Source: Ostrea edulis
Taxonomy: Eukaryota
NCBI RefSeq assembly: GCF_947568905.1
Contig: NC_079168.1
Location: forward strand, 26,536,001 to 26,600,000
Direction of reading: 5' to 3'
DNA length: 64,000 nt
Below the pieces are notes generated by a model. It had not been told where the DNA came from. It saw only the letters and a program-made list of their open reading frames with translations, and ran no database searches. Made by a program: the position numbers and the translations under genes. Shown in pieces: positions 23,954 through 34,635 of this stretch (the stretch's first letter is position 1; every line of letters starts with the position of its first letter).

Positions 23954-26900
23954 ATATACATGTACCTATTTCCGCAATTTTTTGGTTTGAATTTATACCT
24001 GATTTGGCGTTAGAGTTGCTGGAATGGGATCAGGATGTTCTGCTGTCGGTCCATTTCCACCCACAAAATGTTTACTACATATGTATGTCCATCTTGTAAC
24101 CTTTTCAACGGTAAAATATTCCCTGCCACACACACGCGCCCATCGCTGACATTTTTCCAGATTCCTCTTGGGTTTTGGAAATGGTATCCAAAAAACCCCA
24201 GTCATATATTCTCGATCAGCATATCTACTGTCACTGTTGCATATTCCATAACAGCAGTGTCTTGTTGCACCGTGTGTTAGCTTTTTTTCTTTTGATATCG
24301 GCGTGGCCATTAGGAATGTAGTACACGCTGTCCAATGTTTGTACTACATTTGATAACGAGGCTGCGCGTTATCTTTATCCTATCTATAATTAGGTCTTAT
24401 CAGTGATGCGCGATCTTTGCTATAGGCCTACGGCTTATGCTTTCCGTTCTGCTCTCAAATTCAATACACACTCGCACCAACTGACCTTCACCTTGTAACA
24501 CCATATAGGCAAAACTTCGCTAGCAGTGTCTACCAACTGGTAGTTTTAAAAAAGAAATTTGAAGATAAAAGATAATTGAACTTTCAATTATAAATAATAA
24601 AATATGATATTTCCCAACTTTGAATTGAATGATAATGCTTTCATTTTTTTTTTAAGGAACACGTACGTGTTTTCAACAACGTACAGCACGCCGCGCTCCC
24701 ACTTCCTAAGTAACAACGTGTAGATAACAACAAAAAATAATGATTAATAAAATTGCTTGAATAAAATAATTTAAAAGTATTGGGATTTTCACCATAAGTT
24801 TGATAATTTTTATTATTATTATTTATTTTTTTTCGAAATGCACCCGTGACAGTAGGCCTAGTTGTCAATGATACATAATCGTATCATAATTTAGATCTAT
24901 CTAACTTCTCCAAAATAAATTTAATAATAATTGCACTGTTTATTTTCAAAAAGCAACAACGCTAATTACAGTTGTTTACAGAAATGACATTGCCATATTG
25001 TGTTTAGACAGTGATCCCATGTAAACATTATTTACTCGCAGATTTCATACTCGCTTTCCTCGCTACATTTGGGCCGCTATTTGTATGCACTGGTGGCTAA
25101 AAGATATAAGACTCGGGAAATTTGTTAACATCGAAATAAATGTTATCCATGGTAAATTTACTAGGCCCCTAAAACCCGAGTTTTAAAAAATATCTAACAC
25201 TACTTTTACAACAAGTTGATCGACGAAGGTCGCATATGACGTCACTGTACCACGTGACTACCTATCTAATTAACTAGGCTTTTTGAAATCGGGGCTTAGA
25301 TTTAAGTCCGTGTTGTGGCTAATTATCGCAATGCTTCAGCGAACAAACTATTACAATTAATTTCTATAAGCATAAGGAAGACAAAATGCACATAATTTTG
25401 TATACTTTGAAAACACGATATGTGTCCTTTAAAGCATAAATGTACCATCAAGGCTATTTTGATATAGTACAGTCAAAGCTTGTAAACATCATATTACAAA
25501 CCAGAAAGCGTAACGAGTTTGATTCCCCAGGCGAGGCTCCAGAACCAGCCCACAAACAGGAAAGTAACTGTGAACAACTGGGACACGCCCACCCACACGT
25601 TAACGCACAGGGTCACCGTCTTCTGGTCTTCCTTTGCTTGTAATCGCGTTTCTCCGCACAAGAGGATGGAAAACCCGCTCAGAACTGTCCCTAGTAATCA
25701 AAGACAACGGAACGGTTAAAAATGATTAACAATATATATCTTTAAAAAGCAGTACAGAAAAATTTATCTAAGCTACATTTCTGAATAATATTTTTAGAAT
25801 TAGTTTAATTCACTTGTTTTTATTTCTTTAGTTCAGACATATATCATTCTTAAATAAATCTAATCTACATTCAAAACGACTCATTCATGCAATCCGCATA
25901 CACAAAACTTAGAAATTAAGTAACTTGTGAAATTTGCCGGAAAGATTTTTTTTCTATTTGCAATCGGATACAATAGAAACTATCCAACTTTCGCGATTAG
26001 AGTTTTATTAAAAAGAATCTGAGCTATGAGTTCTTAATTAATTCTAAAGAAAGGCAATACATTTCCTAATTATTACACAAGCTTTCGTATCAAACTGTCA
26101 ATAAAATTGTGAAAAGTATTTTAGAGATTCCTATAAAATTTTCATACATTTAATACACTCAATATAGCCTCTAATGCTTCTTTTTATATAAAATCACTGC
26201 AGATTAGCGCAAGCATTTGATAATACCGGAAAAGGTATCAAGGCGGTCCAGAATTTCAATGTAAAGAAGAAAACAGATTCCATCGCACGTCTATGTCGAG
26301 TACCAGTTAAATCAATTAGCCATCAAATTATTCAATCACCGCCGTGTAAAAGGAGCCGATAAGCAGGACAGGGTGGAAATGGACATTGATTTGCAATTTT
26401 AGAGGCTGATTGTGCGACAGCAGCTCCATCGGCAAAGTAGCAAATCAGGTAATTTACTAGTCAACTCAAACACCACTCCGGCGGGATTTTCTTGACGTTG
26501 TAGATAAGCGACGGGTAACGTCATGCTCCCCAAAGATAGTTCTCCGCTTGGTTTAGTGTCGTTATCATCCGTAAAACATTACTGTCCCATTATTAAGGTC
26601 AACATTGAGAAAATATGTCTTGTTAATGATAAAATAACCTTTTTGACTTTCTAAAGATTCCTGACAGTCTTGATTTATGTGGCCATGTTGTAGTTCAATA
26701 TTTCAGATATGTAAAAGTTTTAAGACCCGCAATTAACTTAAGCAAATCGATTTCTGTTGATTAAGGTAAAATTAAAAAAGAAAAACCACTCAATATAATC
26801 CTGGTTCATTAACATATACAATGCACGATTTAAAAAAAAAAAACAACTTAGCAATGAAACCGTAATAAGTATAATTTATCCCTATTTATTTGAATTTCTA

Positions 26901-28625
26901 GTAGGACTATTTGACTCCGATATTCTTTCAAATTACCTTCGTAAAAAGCAACTTAAAAAGCTTCATAAATCCAATAACACGAACGGGAGATAATTTATAG
27001 TAAAACCATTATTCAGTGGTGCAGACGAAATAACACGTCGCTTCCGGTTTAGCAAATCCGTTTTCTTACGAATCCTGTGTATCTTCTGCTGCTAGAACAA
27101 TGAATTACGATCTAATAGGCGGCGAACTGATCACTATACGTGTGATTTCAAATGTTAGGCAGCAAAAGGAGATAAAACCATAATTTCCTATCAAGTTCAA
27201 AGAGAATATCACTGGTTTGATGACATATTTGTATTAATGTTCACCCATTAAAAGGCTTTTCTGTAATAAAGTGGAACCAAAGTCCTGTTAGTTTTCTAAT
27301 AAAAGAGCGATTTTCCAGCAACTCAGCACGGTGTACGATTACGTAGTTTCGTACCAGAGAAATTATTTTGAAATTTCGTTTCTCATTTCCCTCCCTCCAC
27401 TAAAGGTGTTGTAATCTACCTTTAAAACAGCATTTGTATTTTTTTAAATTCCAAAATAAAACAACAAACTGTAGAAAAAATGAATATTTCTTGAAAGGCC
27501 TGTTTTCTGCTAAGTTCTTTTTTATAATATTGTAAATTGATGGAAAATGTTCTTACCTGAACCAGGGATGATTATATTCATCAGCAGACATATCACAGAC
27601 AATCCTAATGGAAGATAAGGTATGGCAGATTGAATCCAGGGCTCCGAACTAGACACCAAAGACTTTGTCCTTTCATCTTCATTATATTTAACACCATTTC
27701 CATACTGAATAACTGGCTCAGCAGACAATTGAGAACTTTCATCATTTGCTAGAACAGGAGAATCCGGAGAATTTTGAATGAAATCAGGTGTTAATGCTCC
27801 CTTGACTTCCGATGAACTTTTTGGTTTCTCAGCTATTTTTTCTTTGGATTTAGGGACTTCGCTTTTCGACACGTTGTCAATGTCTTGCTTTGCTTTAACG
27901 TCGTTTGATAACGGCAGAGATCCATTGCCTTGTGAGGAAATTAAACGTTTACCGTTTACTTTCGCCGACTTTAATTTTTGCCAAGACTTTTTAATTCCGA
28001 ACGTTTTCGATTTGTTGTCTTGGGCCGAGGTCTTGGATTTCGCCGCCTTTACGTCACTGTCCACCACTACGAATCCATTACCGTTACTCTTGTCTGAATG
28101 TTTACTCGAGGAACTTTGCGGTCTGACCCCTGGGTCCTGTAATTTCACAGTATCTTCTTTAACACTGACCTTTGAACCGGTCAGTTGAGATCCGCTATCC
28201 ACTGCTGATGTATGTCCCGACGCCTCTGGCCTTTTAGAAATCTTCTTAGATAATAAATGCCCCTTTCCCTTAACAACGTCTGATGAGCTACTACGTCTTT
28301 TGACAGTATGCTTTCCTTTAACTGCTATAACAGGCTCTCTCCTCTTACCCCTGTCTTTTAAGTCATTACTACGGGTACTTTTTGTAGACAACGGTCTGCG
28401 TTTGACTGCTGCTTTCTTTTCAGCTTCTTTATTTTCGCTGTTTCTATCGCCATTTTCTTTCTTTAGTCCATTTATCTCATTTTTTCCATTACTCGTGGAA
28501 CTTTTTTCTCCCCTTTCGGATAATTTTTCGTTGATTTTAGAACTATTTTTCATTTCTACACCATCACTATATTCCTCCGTAACAAGTTGTCTGTGTTCCT
28601 CCGCAGCAGTCGGTGAGCTTTCCAT
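14104..28625 (-). CDS. stum: stum / SPEC3-family membrane protein, 457 aa, 3 coding exons, long disordered N-terminus
   Basis: Exons 28625-27557 (...AIPYLPLGLSVICLLMNIIIPGS), 25690-25502 (GTVLSGFSILLCG...NVWVGVSQLFTVTFLFVGWFWSLAWGIKLVTLS) and 14219-14104 (VEYKRQLKEKRERELQ...TE*). Phases 1 and 1 close, 1374 nt. The LNxxxPGxGT and GWxWSxxWG motifs are SPEC3/stum hallmarks. The last exon and start codon are less certain. Confidence 0.8.
15705..16150 (+). mobile_element. Penelope-like retroelement 3' fragment
   Basis: Similar by eye to 7700-8095 (CAACTGATTCGATAC..., GCATTTCGCAAATTCTATGGTCGTTATAATG, GACCGGTCAACAGGG). Confidence 0.6.
17876..18009. other. Assembly gap
   Basis: Run of N. Confidence 1.
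18914..21188 (+). CDS. SAP + SWIM zinc finger + YqaJ (lambda-exonuclease-like PD-(D/E)XK) protein, 586 aa, 2 exons
   Basis: Exons 18914-19080 and 19595-21188, phase 2, 1761 nt. SAP motif VVELKRWLECRGMLQAGTKPELVKR; SWIM CDCKASAMGRCNH; YqaJ motifs WHSSRNCRITAS, YGQENE, GCSPDG, LEIKCP, YYAQVQMQM. Confidence 0.9.
21936..24310 (-). CDS. THAP + HTH + DDE (DDE_Tnp_4, Harbinger/ISL2EU-type) transposase, 557 aa, 3 exons
   Basis: Exons 24310-23999, 23604-23365 and 23057-21936, both introns phase 0, no stops. THAP C2CH: CCYGIC...FPKP...W...CSKHF...DPIP. HTH: QLLLVLMKLR...DLAYRYGVS. DDE: IIDCFE, SDK, ADRGF, RIHVERAI. Confidence 0.9.
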
Positions 28626-31600
28626 CGAATATAGAATTTCAAAACACGTTTTCTGATGCGTTTCCTAATTAAAAATTAAACTTTGTATACCCATCATACT
28701 TATTTACATCCATCACGTTCTCTGTCATCATACACATACGTTTAAAATGAAGTGGCGGGTAGTTTCGGTTGGCTTTCCCGATAGAATGTTGTAACACGCG
28801 AGTCTAGCTCCATTTCATTTGTCTTACCATAGAGTCGATAATTTCACTTATTGAATCTGCTAAACGAATGTGAAAAATGGTGAGCTGATATTTGCCATTT
28901 ATACGATCTACGAAGCAGCGAAGCTTAAAATTGAGGAGAAACCATCAAAACTCAGAAACATTTCAGCTAATGGTTAAATTTCATTATTAAATATGGACAT
29001 AACGAAATCAATTGTTGTCTTGGTTATATAATATTGTGTAATAATTTAGACACTTTAAACATAACCTCAAATGGCTGAAATGAGTTGATTACTTACATCT
29101 AAAATAAACGCTATTGACCGACCTTTAGCTTCTAGACATGTAATGGTTTGCCACCATAATTAGCATTAAGTGAGTCCATTTTCTCTATGGAATCTATCTG
29201 TAAATCTTTGCAGAACATAATTATGTTTATCTTCGCCGTGATATCAATGTACTCAATCGGCAGTTGTGGATTTTTTCTTATTTCTGAAAGATTATGAGAT
29301 TAACGAATGGGTGTTTCTGTTTAATTACCACCGGGTCGTATTTGTAACATAATTTTGTTACTCAGTTAGAGGCAGTTGTCGAAATATTTCTTCAGAATTG
29401 AGATCAATAGAATAAACATTCTTTAATTTCTATGACAATTTATATTTCTTTGTTTGTTTTAATTAAAAGTGCAGACATATCATCCCGAAAAGTACAACTC
29501 AATGCAGGGGCGATTTATCAATTAAAAAAGTAAATCTCATTGCATGAACGATTTATAAATTTAAAAATATCGCAACGTCCGACCCCATACAAGGCCAAGT
29601 TTGTTTCAATTTTCTAAAACTTTGATTTTCTAGTAGTAATAGTTCATCAAAATGTATTTAATAGTGATACATGTATTTACCATTTTGTAGTTTACGTATT
29701 TTACATGCTTTCTATTTATCTGTTTTAAAATTTCAATTCTGAGTACACCCCCCCCCCCCCCCCTGCAATCTACATGGTGTCTATTTCATCTTGTAGGAGA
29801 TGAAGAGAAACAAAATACTGCAACGATGGCAAATATCGCTTTCATATTTCTATCAAAAGTCATGTCTGTACAAAGTTTCAAAGCACGACTTTGTAAAAAA
29901 CATGAATTATATGATAAACAATTTTTAATATTAATGTAGATCAACAGATAATGAAATCGAATCGGGATGTGGCAGCAAAAATGCGTGATTGAAAATTGAA
30001 GTTGATAAGTATACCGTAATCTAAATCTAACTCGAGCTTATTCATGAAATTAATACTAGGTGTATAGTTCATTCCCATGGCAGTGTCTGGAATTGTTGAA
30101 AATTTTCAATTGCTACATGTACATATTGGTCTCTGCAATCTGACCAAATATTTACATCTCCAATGTTTTTGCCTTTTATGCCTTCGCCAATTGGAATGAT
30201 AACCATTTTCTAATGAATGCAGTGCAGGTGTAAACAATTTGCGTATGAATCTTGGTAGATATGTACACATATATTCTAACGGTTGGGAATTTGGACAGAT
30301 ATAAAAATAAAATGTAAATATTTAAAAAAAAATCATTTTTGAAAATACATGAGAGTATGAACTGCAACGTGTAATGCCGGCATACTTTTAATGGAAACCA
30401 AAGCGCTTCATGAAGTATGTGGGCGTGACACGGCGCAGTTCATACCCCCATCAATTTTCAAAACTGAAAGTTATTTTTAAGTATAACCATGGAGTGATTA
30501 GCAAGCTGATTTATGTAGAGTCGTGTTTCTATGTTCTGGTGATTCTGTTGGCATTATTCATGTGAAGGTATCGGTCAAAGGAAGCTTTTACACAGGCACA
30601 ATAGTCCAGTTTAGAATAGCATATTTATATGTCTTCCATGTTGCCGTTTTTAAGTAATAATTTGTTCAATGAAAGAGATCCTTTTGTTACTCTAAAAGCT
30701 AAAAAAGAATAACGATATGGTGAGTTATATGAAAGCCTCGTTCTCAATTTACATACTATATCATTTTGCATGGTACAGTACTTATATGAATACTAATTCT
30801 AAAATAAAAATGACTGTATAATAATGTTCATCTTAATCAATATCTCCACCAACTAATGGCATTAAGCGTATACTTTTACCAAATTCCATGAAATTCTAGT
30901 ACTTAATGTCGCGATGCTACGCATGAAATGACCGTAAAGTAGAGTAATATTACTGTGTGACATCACGGGACGCAGATTTGCAGTACTCGCATTTTGTATG
31001 TGGTTCAAACTGCTTTTACAATGTACTGCCAAGTTTCTCGGCATTTCAATGAAGCGAATGGGTTTTCTTCAGTAATCTAATTTTCCAGACAACTAGCAGT
31101 AGGTCAGCTTAGTAATAGCCTCAATTTTTGTCACCCGTGTGTAGATATCGATTGGAAAACCACAAACATGCTAAATTATAACTAAAATGATATAACCCTT
31201 TATTGCTAGCTGCTCTGTCATTTTCTATATTGAAGTTAATGTCTGTATGACGAGCACGGATCTGAGGGGGGCTAACGACATTTTAAATGGTTTTGAGTGA
31301 CCCCTCCAAGTAGTAATTTCCTTACAAAAATCAGATAAACATCTGAAATATTTGTGATAGATGGAACCGACTTTGATATCCTGAAAGGACCGAAATTTAC
31401 CAAACGAACATTAATATCTAACGATGTTTACTTTGAATATGACGTTGTACTAAATGATATTGAAGAATGACTTTGCAGAAAATAAAAAGTAATATTTATG
31501 TTATGTGGTGCAAGTTATGTAATGTTTGATCAATACTGGTGACCTTCGTCAATAGCGATGAAATTTTAGTAGGCATATCTCTAATTTGGTCATAATTCTG

Positions 31601-32399
31601 ACTCTATTTTAAAACTACTTTTAAAAACAGGCATTTTGAGAGTATTGCATAAGCAATACATGTCCCCTACCAGCGCACTATAATACAGAAGAGGCATGCA
31701 GTTTTCATCAGGGATGAAATATTCTTATTCAGAAGTCTATACTTTATAAGAATGCAACATTCATTTTTAATGTATCCTAAATGCCACGCAGTGAAGGGTT
31801 TGATTACTATTGTATAAAAAGCAAGAAAATTCGGAACTCCGTCACCGTGCGACGTACCGTTTGCCTAGTTGCGATGCAGTTCAAAAAGCTTCAAATCTGG
31901 GAGATCGTTTTTGCAAAACAAAATTACGTGGGGGAAATAATCTTGAATATGAAACACAAAACAACACACCAATATAACATTCATATTTACATTTTAAATT
32001 CTGAACCCTAAAAGCGTAACAATATTTAAAAAAAAATTACTTCTTCTACATCTGCCCATCAATCGTAACGAAATTCAAACTTCATTTGTAGTATGCCACT
32101 CTGAAACTATACTACAAGTTTGAAACAAATCCTCGCAAACATTACGGAAAAAGTCTGGAAAACCAATGGTACAGACTGACTGACAGACAGACGGACGGAC
32201 ATGTGGTAGTGTGAGTGTTCAGAGAAATTAACATATGTTTAAATACTTGACTAGATTGAGCTTTTGTCGGACCTATATTTTTGAGACAATCACTTCTCCC
32301 CATACATGTATTCAGAAAATAAGCAAATAGCAGACGACCCGTATTACACGTCTTTGATGTCTAGATGTATGTCTAAATTTGAGGCAGTCTACTGACAAA

Positions 32400-32770
32400 C
32401 AGGTTTATGTTAGAAGGGTTTCAACAGTCTCGTTTAAAGTCAGCATTTCGCAAATTCTATGGTCGTTATAACGCTCTAGTTTGCCATTGGGTCCAACGCT
32501 GTCTGATTTGTTTCATACAGATAGTTATGCCTAATCTCATAACTCATATAAGGAATACAAAATAGAGAGTTGGGCAAACACAAACTCCTGGATATACCAA
32601 AGGCGGGATCAAGTGCCTAGGAGGAGTAAGCATCCACTGTCGACCGGTCACAACCGTCGTGAGCCCTATATCCTGATCAGGTAAACGGAGGAATCCGTAG
32701 TCAAAATCAATGTGTCAAGAACGGCCAAACAATCGGTAGGAAACACGTCAACCAGCATTTGACCTAATGA
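32400..32770. mobile_element. Penelope-like fragments in opposite orientations
   Basis: Plus-strand piece ~32400-32520 is followed by a minus-strand copy of the same family's tail. Further copies at ~34140-34345 (-) and ~41390-41640 (+). Confidence 0.55.
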
Positions 32771-34635
32771 TAGGTTAACAACAAAGATTTTTTTATCGAA
32801 ATATGTAGTATTTTTGGGTAGAGAAAAGCACTCGTGAACCCATTTATAGGTACAGTGATTTCAGGAATGGGAAATGAAAGACTTACATTACCCATTAATT
32901 TTTCTGATCACAAAACTATTTCTCCTATTTTCAACATCTTACACATGTAATATAACGCAGTAGTTGTTTTTTCACCTTCCGTCCCTTATGTTCATAAAGG
33001 TAATTTTCTCATCTAAGTAGTCTTGTGTGCATATTGAATATTTCGTGGGAAATTATCTCCATATGAGTGAAAAATTCTCGAGCAATATTCAGCCAGCCAA
33101 CCATGGGAAATTGAGTACTAAATTAAAAAAAAATGATTAAAACTGAAACAAACACAGCTATCGATTAAGCAGAGTGTAACACGAAACCTCCTACTTAAAT
33201 CATTAGGTAAACCTATTTCAATTCAATACTGAAATTGTACCTGAGAGGAGGTTGGCCGTTCCTCTATTCTGACTCTACTCTCAATGATTGCATATGTGGA
33301 ATTACATATACCAGAATGGTTCATTTCGATCCAAAACCCTTAGGTCCTTTTTTAGTAACATTACATTTAAATTTGCCTCTTTGTGAACGATGTAGACAAA
33401 ATCCAAATAACACTACGTTTCGATACCCGATGTATACAGTAGAACTCCGATAAAGCGAATGTCTGCGGACATTCTATAAGAAGTCGCTGTAAGTGTAATT
33501 CGCTACATGTTTCTAGCGAATTCGTAATTTTATTATAACAAATTCGTAATAAAACAGATTTGTTCTACATGTATACAGTTGTGAAAAAGCACTACTTGAT
33601 ATGAACATGCGTTTGTATCATCTGTAAGAATTCTATTTGACTGTTTCATGTAACACCACTGGTGTAATAAGGTGCATAATGACATAAAGAAGGGGCGTCG
33701 GATCAATTAAAAAGCAACAATTTTCACATTTTTTTGGATGTGTGTGTGTGTAACAAATTGGGGCACAGCATCAACACATGGCCCCTGGAGGTGCGGAAAG
33801 TCCAAAATATCCACCAAATTTTCTATTCTCGTTTACTTTTGTCAATCAAAACTTATGCCTATAATTTTGAAAATCTATCTTTGCTGTGATTTTGCTATGC
33901 TGGAGAAAAAAGTCAGTATTATCAAATTTTTTTTCAAATGAGGGAAAATATCAATATTTTACTTAATTCCACTGAAATAGTCTCGTTGATAAATTCCCCA
34001 GGCCTCATTTTAGCGTTACATGTTACATCTGTAAACAAGAATTAGTAATATAGCTACACGACTCAAACGTTTGATAACTGAAGAAAATATATGCATATGC
34101 AATGTATAACTTCTGATTTATGACAAGAATCAATCTATAAACATGAATGATAAAGTGAAGACATCGAACAGTGACCCATATAAAAAATTCCATAAAAAAT
34201 ACAGAATTATGGAAAGGGCAATGACAGATCCCTGGTCACACCAGAGGTGGGATCAGATGCCTAGGAGGACTAAGCATCCCCTGTCGATCGGTCATACCCG
34301 TCGTGAGTCCTCTATCTTGATCAGGTAGACGGAGCAATCCGTGGTCAAAATTAGTACCACATATGTAAAACAAACTTCACTCCTGTCATATATCGGTATG
34401 CGTCATTAACATTGATTGTCTAGATTTATACCAGTCGATCACATCACACAAAAGTGCGAGAAAAAAACAACAACTTCAAATTGTCTTCATTTACATTAGT
34501 GGTTGTTCTTTATTCATCAGCTTTCAAAATATTTCCAATGTTGACGATATTTTGGTCCGTCTTACCAATAATCTCAGTTTTTGCGAGTATTAGTGATATT
34601 CATTTTACTTTTAAAAAATACAATGTAGCATCGCG

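Larger units (their letters stand above)
18283..25428. mobile_element. Apparently intact 7.1-kb two-gene DNA transposon of the PIF/Harbinger-ISL2EU (PHIS) group, inside stum intron 2
   Basis: 23-bp imperfect TIRs AGGACACATcgcaTGTTTTtAAA / AGGACACATatcgTGTTTTcAAA, each abutting TTAA (18279-18282, 25429-25432). A 19-bp inverted motif lies 181 and 183 bp inside the ends. Two convergent intact spliced genes. Confidence 0.85.

Noticed and set aside
18283-25428. KolobokP-type architecture with long terminal direct repeats
   Set aside because: The left and right ends share only inverted motifs, and the transposase motifs are Harbinger/ISL2EU-type.
27070-27091. Possible stum microexon (TTCTAG|CAGCAG...GATTC|GTAAGA, minus strand)
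   Set aside because: Lengths of 22, 19 or 16 nt would all shift the frame between two phase-1 junctions, and there is no transcript evidence.
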